Position numbers and translations under genes: made by a program. Source: Candidatus Thorarchaeota archaeon (GTDB taxonomy: Archaea > Asgardarchaeota > Thorarchaeia > Thorarchaeales > Thorarchaeaceae). From it: a DNA stretch of 56,745 nt. The stretch covers positions 1-56,745 of the forward strand of contig JARGGA010000001.1 of the NCBI GenBank assembly GCA_029210805.1, given 5' to 3'. The notes under the pieces are model-generated. The model did not search any database. It saw only the letters and a program-made list of their open reading frames with translations, and was not told the origin of the DNA. Of the stretch, positions 46,229-55,818 are shown piece after piece; positions within the stretch are counted from its first letter, which is position 1, and the number at the start of each line of letters is the position of its first letter.

Positions 46229-47650
46229 CTACAGATTGTTGTAATAGAACATGATTTCTGGATAATCTACAGATGGACCATCTAGAAGTGTTGACTCAAT
46301 TCCTCGCAATTCTTGATCAAAGAAGGCAAGAACGTACTTGTTCATTATATCTAACATTCTATATCCATCTATCGAACCAAGCAAACCGACGCTCTTGAGA
46401 ACAGGTGACCATATGGTAGCATCAGCAAAGTTGTAGTGCCGTGTCCCATTAACGAACAGACCATAGCAGGTATTCTCAGCTCTATTGTAGATAGTATCGT
46501 TCATCTCAGGATTGCCATAATCAGGACCAAATATCATCATGAATGGTATTGTCATATTAATCTCAAGAGAATTCCCAATATGTGGACTATCAAAGCTCAT
46601 CCCTGCCGAGATTCTTGTATCCATCACGCATAGTTCTTCTGCAGTGGTGCCTCCAAATGAGTGACCCAATACACCAATTGTTATGAAATCCAAGTGTGTC
46701 CAGAACATACTTGGGATGTTATCATTTGCTATCGTTTCAAGCTCATCGATGAGAAATCGGGTATCATCAGCCCAAATCAGTAGGCTGTTACTTATGTTTG
46801 CATACATCTCTTCTGTTGCTTCATACGCAACAGAGCCATCAGTAAAAACGGTGGAAGCAGATTCGTATGTATGACTGATACTAAAAACTATGTAGCCATG
46901 GCTTGCCAGTTCCTGCATGAGAACAGTATTCTCGAAGACAAATCCACCATATCCATGTGAGAAAATGAGGACAGGGAACTGGTCCAATGCGTCAGATAAT
47001 GGTGCATCCCGATAGGACTGCGTTGGAATTAACGGAAAATGGCTTACGATAAAAGAAGGAAATCCAAAGGAGTTCTGAACCGCCTGTCCAAACTCGGTTG
47101 GAGATTCAATATATGGAACAGGAGAAAGACCAGTAGTATCATCGATTGGGTACCAACACTGTATCAAGATCTTTCGATTGTCGCTAGCAATTTCAGTGAA
47201 GGTTTCTTCTCGGCCGGTATCTGTTAGGTCAAAGCTTGTTGTTCCTACAGAGTAATCACCTGATGGCTCGGGAAGCTGGAAGACAGGTAAGAAATAATCA
47301 AGGGCGAACGATGTGCTTACAAGAAGAATTCCCAGTATCACAATTGCTGCTCCAAGCTTTTTTCGCGGTACCTTGATTGGTGATTCAGGTACCACTTCGA
47401 CGCGAGATATGTACATCTCCTTTAGCTGATATAATTCATAGACGAAGAGAACCATAATTGGGATGTAAATTGGAAGCATCTGCCATCGGGCGCCCTCCAA
47501 GAGCACGTGAAGAACAGCTACGATGTAGCCCGTCACACCTATCCAACCCATTACTAGTCTTTTCTCAATCTTCTTCATTGCTGGTGGAAGAATGAATTGT
47601 ACTGAAAGAATGAACAATATAATAATCAGAACGATTTCAAGTACGCGCAT
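46229..47650 (-). CDS. Membrane-tethered alpha/beta hydrolase (PAF-acetylhydrolase/dienelactone-hydrolase-like)
   Basis: Start taken at MRVLEIVLIIILFIL (47650). 3-4 N-terminal TM helices. PVLIFSHGYGG...ELASHGYIVFSISH. Nucleophile elbow GHSFGG. Confidence 0.75.
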   Translation of the reverse strand: MRVLEIVLIIILFILSVQFILPPAMKKIEKRLVMGWIGVTGYIVAVLHVLLEGARWQMLPIYIPIMVLFVYELYQLKEMYISRVEVVPESPIKVPRKKLGAAIVILGILLVSTSFALDYFLPVFQLPEPSGDYSVGTTSFDLTDTGREETFTEIASDNRKILIQCWYPIDDTTGLSPVPYIESPTEFGQAVQNSFGFPSFIVSHFPLIPTQSYRDAPLSDALDQFPVLIFSHGYGGFVFENTVLMQELASHGYIVFSISHTYESASTVFTDGSVAYEATEEMYANISNSLLIWADDTRFLIDELETIANDNIPSMFWTHLDFITIGVLGHSFGGTTAEELCVMDTRISAGMSFDSPHIGNSLEINMTIPFMMIFGPDYGNPEMNDTIYNRAENTCYGLFVNGTRHYNFADATIWSPVLKSVGLLGSIDGYRMLDIMNKYVLAFFDQELRGIESTLLDGPSVDYPEIMFYYNNL

Positions 47651-47782
47651 GTAAACCACCGGAAATTGTACTAAACAAGACATTAACCCCCTTACTAAAG
47701 ACTTCTGCCCGGTAAAAACGCTAAACATCCGTCCACTGAAAGAGTATATGCAGATTTTGATACCTATTGGAGTGTGGCGACA

Positions 47783-48856
47783 ATGTCCCGTGATACTATC
47801 ACTCTCATTGAGCAATCAGGATGCGACCAACATGTCGCTCCATTTACAAAACCCCACATGGAAGGTTTTGAAAATCCTGATCGTATCACAATGACTCTAC
47901 AATATCTTGAGGAAAACAACGCACTAGATGGAATCTTGAAGTTCAAAACTCCTATTGCCAACTGCGAAGAGGCTTTACTAGTCCATTCACCATATCTTGT
48001 GCACTCTGTTGAGATAATGTCAGAGCTTGGAAGCGGACAGTTGGGGGAATCAGCGTATGCCAGTGAAAATTTGCTTTCAACCGCTCTCCATGCTTTAGGT
48101 GGAGCCATGTTTGCCGCAGAGCTAGCCGCATCTGATTCATGTAGACATTCATTTGCCTTGGTTCGACCACCAGGTCACCATGCTACAACTTCATCATCAA
48201 TGGGATTATGCTTTTTCAATAACGTAGCAGTAGCAACCAGAAAACTCCTGAAAGACGAGGAAGTAAAAAAAGTCACAATTCTCGATATTGATGACCACTT
48301 TGGAAATGGCACCGCTGAGATTTTCTACGATGACCCATCTGTCCAATTCATCTCCATACACGAGTATAATCATGATTCATTCGGACTTGGACACTTCCGT
48401 GAACTTGGGCAGGGAGAAGCCAAGGGTACTAACATCAATGTCCCCCTGTATGAAGAATCACCGGATGCATCGTATCAGACTGCCTTTACTAAGGTTGTCA
48501 AACCTGCTATTGAGAGTTTCAATCCTGACATCATTGCAGTATCTGCGGGATACGATGCGCATTTTACGGATCCCATCGGGGACCTGAATATTGATTCTAG
48601 AACATATTGGTTCATTGCAAATGAAATCGAACGTCTTGTTTCTTCACTGAGTATGAAAGGATCATTCTGGGTCTTGGAAGGAGGATATAATCCGCTAGTT
48701 CTTGGTCCATGCGTTCAAGCTACTCTTGATGGTTTGCAGAAAAGACCACTTCCACAGCTGGCAGATCAAGAGGAACGAGATGATGATGATACAATTTTGA
48801 GAGCCAATACGAATGTCATCAATAAAATTGTGAAAACCGTTTCTCCTTTCCTTTAG
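47783..48856 (+). CDS. Histone deacetylase-family protein (class II/acetylpolyamine-amidohydrolase-like)
   Basis: RPPGHHA, GLCFFNNVAVA, DIDDHFGNGTAEIFYDDPSVQFISIHE, EGGYN. Confidence 0.85.
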   Translation: MSRDTITLIEQSGCDQHVAPFTKPHMEGFENPDRITMTLQYLEENNALDGILKFKTPIANCEEALLVHSPYLVHSVEIMSELGSGQLGESAYASENLLSTALHALGGAMFAAELAASDSCRHSFALVRPPGHHATTSSSMGLCFFNNVAVATRKLLKDEEVKKVTILDIDDHFGNGTAEIFYDDPSVQFISIHEYNHDSFGLGHFRELGQGEAKGTNINVPLYEESPDASYQTAFTKVVKPAIESFNPDIIAVSAGYDAHFTDPIGDLNIDSRTYWFIANEIERLVSSLSMKGSFWVLEGGYNPLVLGPCVQATLDGLQKRPLPQLADQEERDDDDTILRANTNVINKIVKTVSPFL

Positions 48857-48876
48857 ATAGGCATACATTCCACAAA

Positions 48877-50172
48877 TTATAGAGTCCTTCGTGTATCAAT
48901 GATTTTTTGTTTTGCGGCTCGAACAAGATCTGCTGGAATTTCCAGATTAAAGGGGATTGCTTTGCTGTTTTCTAGTCCTTCGATAATTGAAATGGCGAAT
49001 TTACCCATTTCTCCAATTGTGAAGGGAGTAAGAAGCGATGCATCATCTATTGAGCTGTGGCTTACTTTGCCTGTTGTTGTTCCATGGCTAGCTAAGTGGA
49101 TTGTGGAAATACCATTCGCAGCGAAGACTTTGTTGTCGCCTCCAGAAATTGCAGTTCGTCTGCATCTGGCAGGGTATTCATTCTTACTGGCGATGTTGGA
49201 TAACCAGCCAATCATCTCATCACTACCAGCTGCCAAGGCTAGTAGCATACCTGGCAATTCTCCTATGCTATCAAGATTGATACATAATTTCACATCCTTC
49301 AAATCAACCTCTGATACATACGCCCATGAGCCTTTCATTCCCAATTCTTCTCCCCCAAACGAAACGAATTGATAGCTCAAGTTGGTGTCTTGTTGTGCTA
49401 GAATTCGTGCTATCTCAAGCATAATTGCAACTCCTGCAGCATTATCAGTTGCTCCAGACGATAAGGAGTAAGTGTCGTGATGGGCGCAAATCAGTACTGT
49501 GTCAATCTTTTTCCCATTTAGCTTGCCATGAATGCTTTGGACTACTCCGGAACCTGTTGAACCCTCAACAACTAGTTTCAATGTTGTGCCAAACATCTGT
49601 GTATGTATTGATCTTACGGATTTCGCTGCAACTACAATAGAGGGTGTCCTAGAGAAGAAAGGAGTGAGTGTCTTGTTGACAAATGTTCGTGGAGCAGTAT
49701 CTCGACTTAGGTCTAGAAAGACAACTCCGGCAGGGTTCATGCCGTATAGTTTTCCCCAAGCGGTTATCGCTTCCTTTACTGAATCATCCAGTATTGCAAG
49801 GATAATCTTGTTCCAAACTTTTTTGGGGTTCAGATTCTCAACCATCTCATAAGATCCAACATACAAAGATTCTGATTTGATTCCCCCTGAAGGAGTTGAT
49901 ACACTCATCCAACAGGGTACACCGTCAACCAAATCACTATCGGTTGGAAGTCCAATAGTCGCTTTTTTAGCATCGTAGTATTGATGTTCTTGTCCCAATA
50001 TGTGAATTGATGAAAGACCTGCATTACGCATGTAATCTTCGATAAGCAATACGGTTCGTGTTTCCGCATCAGTACCACTTACGCGAGGACCAATCTTACA
50101 GAGCTTGAGTAGTGTCCTATATGCTTCTTTTTGATTAAACGCATCTTCCAGCGATATTTTTGCCCCCATCAT
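48877..50172 (-). CDS. M28-family metallo-aminopeptidase with PA-like insert
   Basis: CAHHDT, GATDNAAGVAIMLEIARIL, FGGEELGMKGSWAYV, HSSID. Confidence 0.85.
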   Translation of the reverse strand: MMGAKISLEDAFNQKEAYRTLLKLCKIGPRVSGTDAETRTVLLIEDYMRNAGLSSIHILGQEHQYYDAKKATIGLPTDSDLVDGVPCWMSVSTPSGGIKSESLYVGSYEMVENLNPKKVWNKIILAILDDSVKEAITAWGKLYGMNPAGVVFLDLSRDTAPRTFVNKTLTPFFSRTPSIVVAAKSVRSIHTQMFGTTLKLVVEGSTGSGVVQSIHGKLNGKKIDTVLICAHHDTYSLSSGATDNAAGVAIMLEIARILAQQDTNLSYQFVSFGGEELGMKGSWAYVSEVDLKDVKLCINLDSIGELPGMLLALAAGSDEMIGWLSNIASKNEYPARCRRTAISGGDNKVFAANGISTIHLASHGTTTGKVSHSSIDDASLLTPFTIGEMGKFAISIIEGLENSKAIPFNLEIPADLVRAAKQKIIDTRRTL

Positions 50173-50337
50173 TCAGTATGATGAACGTTTTTTAATAGGA
50201 ATTCAGCCTTATAGAGTATATTGGAAAAGGAAACTCAATGCCGATAAGGTAGTGAAGCACTCCTCAAGTCGATATAATGACGGAGGAGGATATTTTTCAT
50301 ACACGTCACTCAAAAGAGTAAAATCCCACAACCAACA

Positions 50338-50838
50338 TTGGCGAAAAAGGACCCGTCCACTCAAAGATGCATGTACAAAGAGCGAACCACCATGAGCGAG
50401 GGTATGTCGATTGATGAGATTGCAAAGGCTATGATAGAGAACAAAGCCATTCTAACTGAAGCTTTGATCAGTCAAGAGGATGTCACGCCTCAAGAACTTC
50501 TAGAATACATGAGTGGTGAAACTCCGACTGGTGACAAAACGACAATCAGTGATGTGATTATGCACCGATGGTTGCTTCTTCATGAGTTAGCTGAGTTGAA
50601 GCATCTCAAACTCAGAGGGTTTTTCATTTCACGCAGACTGGTGTGGGATAGTTACCTAGATGTACTAGAGGCGCACATAGCTGCTACTGCGGTTGAACTA
50701 AAAATGGCCACAAAACATGGTGATCAGGAATGGGTTCGCAGTCGAGTCGAATTGATTCCATCATGGTTAGAGGATTCTGATATGCCACCAGAACTTAGGA
50801 GCGCTCTGCTGAATTTACTTGAGCATTACAAACGATAG
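50338..50838 (+). CDS. Hypothetical protein
   Basis: Clean ORF with an uncertain start (TTG 50338, or ATG at 50371 or 50392). Contains HELAELKH. No family recognised. Confidence 0.5.
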   Translation: MAKKDPSTQRCMYKERTTMSEGMSIDEIAKAMIENKAILTEALISQEDVTPQELLEYMSGETPTGDKTTISDVIMHRWLLLHELAELKHLKLRGFFISRRLVWDSYLDVLEAHIAATAVELKMATKHGDQEWVRSRVELIPSWLEDSDMPPELRSALLNLLEHYKR

Positions 50839-50887
50839 CACTGGTCGTTATGAAACCGTGAGTAATACAATCGAATATATTATCAAT

Positions 50888-51481
50888 CTAGTTCAGTGCG
50901 TGTTTCAGGAGGATGCCCATTATCTCAATCCACGTATCTGTGACTTTCTCAACATCAGCTCCAAGAGATAGTGAGCCATATAGACCATCGCGAAGTGCAA
51001 GAATTCCCCTCGCAAGATATTCAGATGACACATTAGTAGTGATGGCTCCTTTCCTAACAAGGCCATCAATCAGGTCTTTAATGCTCTGAATCCATTGCTC
51101 ACTGCCTGATCGAATCCATTTCATTGCTGCGTCATTGTCTGCTATTTCCTGTAGAATCCCTGGACCGATTTGAATATTCATTTTTCTCATAGACAACATA
51201 TACTCAAAGAACTCTCCAGTAGCTAGAAACCTCAACCCTTTTTCATCAAGGAATTTGCGGACTTGTTGCTCACGGAGGGCGGTGTATGACTCAAGAATTG
51301 CAATCAAGAGATTTGATTTGCTCTCGAAATACTGGTAGATAGCACCCTTACTTACTCCTACACTCTCTGCAATGTCAGTCATTTTTGTCTTAGTGTAGCC
51401 TTTCTCTGAGAATAGTATTGAAGCGTGCTGTATTATCTTACGCCTTGCCTCTTCTTTGTATTCAGGGACTACCTTTGGCAT
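50888..51481 (-). CDS. TetR/AcrR-family transcriptional regulator
   Basis: N-terminal HTH FSEKGYTKTKMTDIAESVGVSKGAIYQYFESK. Confidence 0.85.
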   Translation of the reverse strand: MPKVVPEYKEEARRKIIQHASILFSEKGYTKTKMTDIAESVGVSKGAIYQYFESKSNLLIAILESYTALREQQVRKFLDEKGLRFLATGEFFEYMLSMRKMNIQIGPGILQEIADNDAAMKWIRSGSEQWIQSIKDLIDGLVRKGAITTNVSSEYLARGILALRDGLYGSLSLGADVEKVTDTWIEIMGILLKHALN

Positions 51482-51501
51482 TGTGCTTCGATTATTATCA
51501 C

Positions 51502-51558
51502 GTCATTAGATACATATAAAAATGACCGTTGGGTATTAATACTGACTCGATAGTCATT
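51502..51558. promoter_or_regulatory. Candidate TetR operator region: GTCATT/AATGAC hexamers and a 10-nt perfect palindrome GTATTAATAC
   Basis: GTCATT at 51502-07, AATGAC at 51521-26, GTATTAATAC at 51533-42, GTCATT at 51553-58. All lie in the divergent tetR/ICMT intergenic region. Confidence 0.3.
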
Positions 51559-51595
51559 ATTATTTAATTGAGTGTAGTCGTCGAGGTTGAAATTC

Positions 51596-52210
51596 ATGCA
51601 GTTTCCTATTATAGAAGAAGAACTCCTCTTTCGAATCCTATTCATTGTAGCATACGCGCTGTTTGCGAGTGTACGATTCTATTATCGAGGAAAGACCATT
51701 GGAAGAGAGAGCGAGAAGGATTACACAAAGATAGACAAAAGTGCTATAATGCTATCAGCAGCGATCATAGGGTATCTCGGTCTGGTCATCATCTATATTG
51801 TCATTCCCGACTTGATATTCTGGGCTAGTATCGGACTTCCATTCATTGTTAGACTGTGCGGAGTAGGGATAGCTTTTGCCGCCATTATCTTGGTCTTCAC
51901 AACTCATCGATTGCTTGGAGCGCAGTATTCAGCAAAACAGGAAATCCAGAAGGATCATGCTTTGATTTCTGAGGGCATTTACAACCATATCAGGCATCCA
52001 ATGTATACAGGCTTCAACGTGTTCGATCTTGCAATATCCTTGATATCGGCAAATCTATTGCTCATCATCTTTTCAATTCTAGTTGCTCTTCCTTTCCCAT
52101 GGATGGCAAGGAAGGAGGAAGCGATGTTGACGGAACAGTTTGGTGATGAATATAGAGAATACATGACAAGAACAGGACGATTCTTTCCTACAATTAGAAA
52201 AAAGAAATAA
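51596..52210 (+). CDS. Isoprenylcysteine carboxyl methyltransferase (ICMT)/phospholipid methyltransferase-family membrane protein
   Basis: Multi-TM with GIYNHIRHPMYTG. ATG at 51596 sits behind GAGGT. Confidence 0.8.
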   Translation: MQFPIIEEELLFRILFIVAYALFASVRFYYRGKTIGRESEKDYTKIDKSAIMLSAAIIGYLGLVIIYIVIPDLIFWASIGLPFIVRLCGVGIAFAAIILVFTTHRLLGAQYSAKQEIQKDHALISEGIYNHIRHPMYTGFNVFDLAISLISANLLLIIFSILVALPFPWMARKEEAMLTEQFGDEYREYMTRTGRFFPTIRKKK

Positions 52211-52737
52211 TGGAGTGTCCCATATCAGGCTTGGCTACGCCTATGACGAAACATAAGGAGAGATACGTTGAGGACGAACTCGACAACGCGTTATGGTCGC
52301 GATTCGCGGAGGATCTTACACGGCGGGAAGATATGAGTGAGAAGGATCGCCAAGAGGAGTTTGGCCACCTTCGACATCTCAGTGAGGAGGAACTATTCTG
52401 GAAGGTTTGCGTACGAAATTCGAAAAAGAATCGAGAAGAATGGCTTGAAGATATGTACGATGAGATATATTCCGAGTGGGTGATTTATCTTGTAGAACAT
52501 CAGGCTGCCGAAGATGACTACCTCAAAGCTATGGCGCTAGTTCTCATGGGAATTTCATTGTCCCGATCTCAGGCTGTTAGTGCATGGGAAAAGCTGAGCA
52601 AAGCAGGTTTCAAGGGAGTCATTTTCCAGCTTCCTGATGATGTCTTTGAGATTAGACTTTCTTGGATGCCAATTTCGGAAGCAGCAACCCGAAGATTTAC
52701 TCCCAATGAAGAGATTGTAGAAAAAGTAGAAGATTGA
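52210..52737 (+). CDS. Hypothetical acidic cytoplasmic protein
   Basis: Start overlaps the ICMT stop (TAATG), implying coupling. No family recognised. Confidence 0.5.
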   Translation: MECPISGLATPMTKHKERYVEDELDNALWSRFAEDLTRREDMSEKDRQEEFGHLRHLSEEELFWKVCVRNSKKNREEWLEDMYDEIYSEWVIYLVEHQAAEDDYLKAMALVLMGISLSRSQAVSAWEKLSKAGFKGVIFQLPDDVFEIRLSWMPISEAATRRFTPNEEIVEKVED

Positions 52738-52746
52738 GAAAGGCAA

Positions 52747-53142
52747 CTATGATGACTCAATAATCTCTGTTTGTTCAGAGGGAGTTGCGAGTATAATCCC
52801 AAGAACTCCTGCAATAGTCGGGATACCCAATACACAGACTATCAGACCAAGTACCCATAAGTAGACAAACTCGCCAAATTCAAATGTGAATGGCATTGCT
52901 GCAATGTATATTATTGGACTTGAAGAATTGATGAGAGTTCTCACCTTTGAAGATTCTTTCACATTACCAAGACGAATTAACCTTCGTAAATACCAATAAT
53001 TCAATCCAAAAGTAACGAAGGTTGAAAGCGCGACAACCGTCATGAGCAATGGTGTGTACTGAAATCCTACTAGTATCAAACCTGCTATTCCAAGAAGACC
53101 TACTCCTAGTATCATATTAGCAAGAACTGAAGATCTAGACAC
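52747..53142 (-). CDS. Small membrane protein (4 TM)
   Basis: 131 aa, hydrophobic throughout. Confidence 0.5.
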   Translation of the reverse strand: MSRSSVLANMILGVGLLGIAGLILVGFQYTPLLMTVVALSTFVTFGLNYWYLRRLIRLGNVKESSKVRTLINSSSPIIYIAAMPFTFEFGEFVYLWVLGLIVCVLGIPTIAGVLGIILATPSEQTEIIESS

Positions 53143-53199
53143 ATTTTATCCTCACTCTGGAAATATGAGGCGCGCTAAAAAACAATGTGATAACAAGTT

Positions 53200-53308
53200 A
53201 AAAGAAGAAGGATGAGAGGGACCGGAGCCCACTCTCAGAAACTAGTTTCGTCTAAAAACGCTCTTGGATAAGAGTTTCAACTACTCGGGTCAGCCAGTGT
53301 GGTGATGT
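53200..53308. repeat. Direct repeat copy 1: relic of MFS 3' end, hairpin and acs 3' end
   Basis: Aligns by eye to 54599-54709 (e.g. GGAGCCCACTCTCAGAAACTA and TCAGCCAGTGTGGTGATGT are identical in both). The minus-strand translation ends ...VVETLIQERF, compared with the acs end ...[10 protein letters not shown]. Confidence 0.65.
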
Positions 53309-53360
53309 TATCAAAGGCATACAAAAATAGAAAACAAAGAAGTGTACCCACTTACTGTGG

Positions 53361-54614
53361 TTGGGAGAAGTGGAAGAAGCAGAGAGAGTCAATCTAGGAC
53401 GAAATGTGACCGTAATGACAATCGGCAACACGGCGATTGTATCACTCAATTCGCTTTGGATAATGTTCATGCCCTTCTTCTTCACAGACATTGGTATTCA
53501 TCCTGTCACTGTGCTAATGTTCTACACGTTCTTTGCAGCAGCCAGTGCAGCAACTTCATTCTTCGGTGGTAGGTTGGCGGATAGAATTGGTCGAAAACCT
53601 GCGCTCCTATTCGGATATACTATCTACTCTACAGGTCCATTGGTAATTCTGATTTCGCTATGGTTTGCAAGTCAATCACTGACTACAGCCGCTTTGATTG
53701 CTGTTATGGGATATACAGGAATGATGGCTGGACGTGGGATTGCAAGACCTGCAGCTTCTATTCTTCTTGTTGAGAGTAGTCAGAAGAAGAAAAAGGGAAG
53801 ATCGTACATGATTGCAACCAGAGTTATTCCTTCTATTCCAGCAGCGGTTCTTGTGTTGGTTGGAAGTGAACTGTATTTCTCAGGAGATTCATTGCTTTCC
53901 AGTCAGTTCTCATTCGCGGTGCTAGTGGGATTCGTGGGTCTTGTTGCAGTGTTCAGTTCATATGGATTTCTTCTAAGGGAGAGTCATGAAACAAAGGACC
54001 TACAACAAGAAGTGAAATCGCCCTCTGTGTGGAGATCAGAAGCGTGGTTCTTTCTATTAGTTGTTGCAGCATTCTTACTTGATGCAATATCAAGCAGTGG
54101 ACTCAGTCCGTATGTACCACTGTCAGTGCGTCCGATTGATGAGAAACTCTATGGCTACATGATTTCGATTTCGACTCTGGTAATTGCTCTCGCCGCACTG
54201 GGTGCAGGGGAGATTGTTGATAGACTTGGAACGAAAGCAGCTCTCACAATAGGATGGGGATTGCTTGCCTTTACCATCGGCATATTTCCACTATTTCGCG
54301 ACCCGCTTGTGATTCTTCTTCTTTATGCGATTTGGGCGGGACTAGATATGATGGATATATCGATTCCACCAATTGTCATAGAAGAGAAATTCCCGAAAGA
54401 AGTGCGTGCAACTGTTATGGGGACATTTTCCACAGTAGTGAATCTTGGAAGTATTGTTGGTCCTGCACTCGTATCGCTTGCACTACTGTATGGTGAGGCT
54501 ATACCTTTCTTCATGAAAGCAGCCATGAATCTAATTGGACTATTTCTATTCTTACTAGCAACAAGGACATTAGAAAATAAGACGCAAGAAACTGAGGAAA
54601 AAGAAGAAGGTTGA
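53361..54614 (+). CDS. MFS transporter
   Basis: About 12 TM. MFS signature GGRLADRIGRKP between TM2 and TM3. TTG or GTG start. Confidence 0.85.
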   Translation: MGEVEEAERVNLGRNVTVMTIGNTAIVSLNSLWIMFMPFFFTDIGIHPVTVLMFYTFFAAASAATSFFGGRLADRIGRKPALLFGYTIYSTGPLVILISLWFASQSLTTAALIAVMGYTGMMAGRGIARPAASILLVESSQKKKKGRSYMIATRVIPSIPAAVLVLVGSELYFSGDSLLSSQFSFAVLVGFVGLVAVFSSYGFLLRESHETKDLQQEVKSPSVWRSEAWFFLLVVAAFLLDAISSSGLSPYVPLSVRPIDEKLYGYMISISTLVIALAALGAGEIVDRLGTKAALTIGWGLLAFTIGIFPLFRDPLVILLLYAIWAGLDMMDISIPPIVIEEKFPKEVRATVMGTFSTVVNLGSIVGPALVSLALLYGEAIPFFMKAAMNLIGLFLFLLATRTLENKTQETEEKEEG

Positions 54615-54709
54615 GAGGGGCCGGAGCCCACTCTCAGAAACTAATGTCGATTAAAGACGCTCTTTGATCAGGGTCTCGACAACGGATGGGTCAGCCAGTG
54701 TGGTGATGT
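54599..54709. repeat. Direct repeat copy 2 (functional MFS 3' end, terminator hairpin, 3' end of truncated acs)
   Basis: See copy 1. Contains the hairpin GAGAGGGGC-CGGA-GCCCACTCTC (54613-54635) between the convergent genes. Confidence 0.65.
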
Positions 54710-55515
54710 CACCGAGGTCGTCGATCTGACCTGCAGCAATTCTCTTCAGGATCCTTCGCATGATCTTACCGGAACGGGTCTTTGGTAGAGCATCTGCGAA
54801 TTGGACCTTTGCAGGAGTTGCGATTGGGCCAACTTCTGCACGTACGTGCTTCTTGAGGTCTTGTCTTAGCTCATCAGTCTTCTCGATACCAAGCTTGAGG
54901 GTTACGAAGACGTAGATATCCTCACCCTTGATCTCGTGTGGGAAACCGACTACTGCGCACTCTGCAACTGCTGGGTGCTTGCCAAGAGCGGATTCAATCT
55001 CTGCAGTTCCGAATCGGTGACCGGAAACCTTCAGAACATCGTCAAGGCGGCCCATTACGAAGTAGTAGCCGTCCTCGTTGAATCGTGATCCGTCACCTGT
55101 GTAGTACATTGGATCGCCTGTTTTGGGATCCTTGAATTGTACCCAGTAGGTGTTGACAAATCTTTGATGATCACCGTATACGGTTCTCATGAGACCAGGC
55201 CATGGTCGTCGCATGCAAAGGTAACCACCTTCGTTAGCATCGACTGCTTTGTCATCTTCTGCGACAATGAGGGGGTCAACTCCGAAGAATGGGAATGTGC
55301 ATGAACCAAGGATGGTTGCTGTTGCTCCGGGTAGGGGTGTCAGGATAACACCGCCAGTCTCGGTCTGCCAGTATGTGTCAACGATTGGACACTTGCTCTT
55401 ACCAACAACATCGCGGTACCACATCCACTTGTATTCCACTTTGAGGAACTGAAGACTGGCTCAGCACCGTATACCTCAGCTCCAAGACTCATTAACTCAG
55501 TATCAGATTTCATTG
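54651..55515 (-). pseudogene. acs: 5'-truncated acetyl-CoA synthetase paralog (C-terminal ~260 codons; upstream homology decays with frame loss)
   Basis: [51 protein letters not shown]. The open frame begins only at GTG 55439. From 55440 to ~55515, residual similarity to the full copy lies in another frame. Confidence 0.7.
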
Positions 55516-55785
55516 ATTCCAATACGCTCCTACAGGGATACGTAGGGAGTGGAGGTATTTAACCCCCTAGAATTAATAGACTTGTTTCATACGGATATAA
55601 TATGTTTGGTATGTGTGGAGTTTATATGAGGTTGGTCCTACAAGAATACGGTGGGTTGTCTTGAGGTGCATACTACTTTTGGGGATGCCCTCCCCTATCC
55701 CTCCTACCACGGCTCTGATGATAGACACCCTCCAATAACAAAGAGAATATGATGGAGAGAATTCAAGAAAATCCAAAAAAGAAGA

Positions 55786-55809
55786 CAGAGGGGGGAGTTT
55801 TCCCCTCTG
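55786..55809 (-). terminator. Hairpin plus T-tract after the full-length acs
   Basis: CAGAGGGG-N8-CCCCTCTG. On the minus strand it is followed by TCTTCTTTTTTGGATTTTC, 10 nt after the acs stop. Confidence 0.5.
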
Positions 55810-55818
55810 ATACTAATT

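Noticed and set aside
55715-55809. C/D-box sRNA (CTGATGA at 55715 and CTGA at 55806) in the spacer between the acs copies
   Set aside because: The box spacing of about 90 nt is too long for archaeal C/D sRNAs. There are no convincing C'/D' boxes. The CTGA lies inside the terminator hairpin stem.
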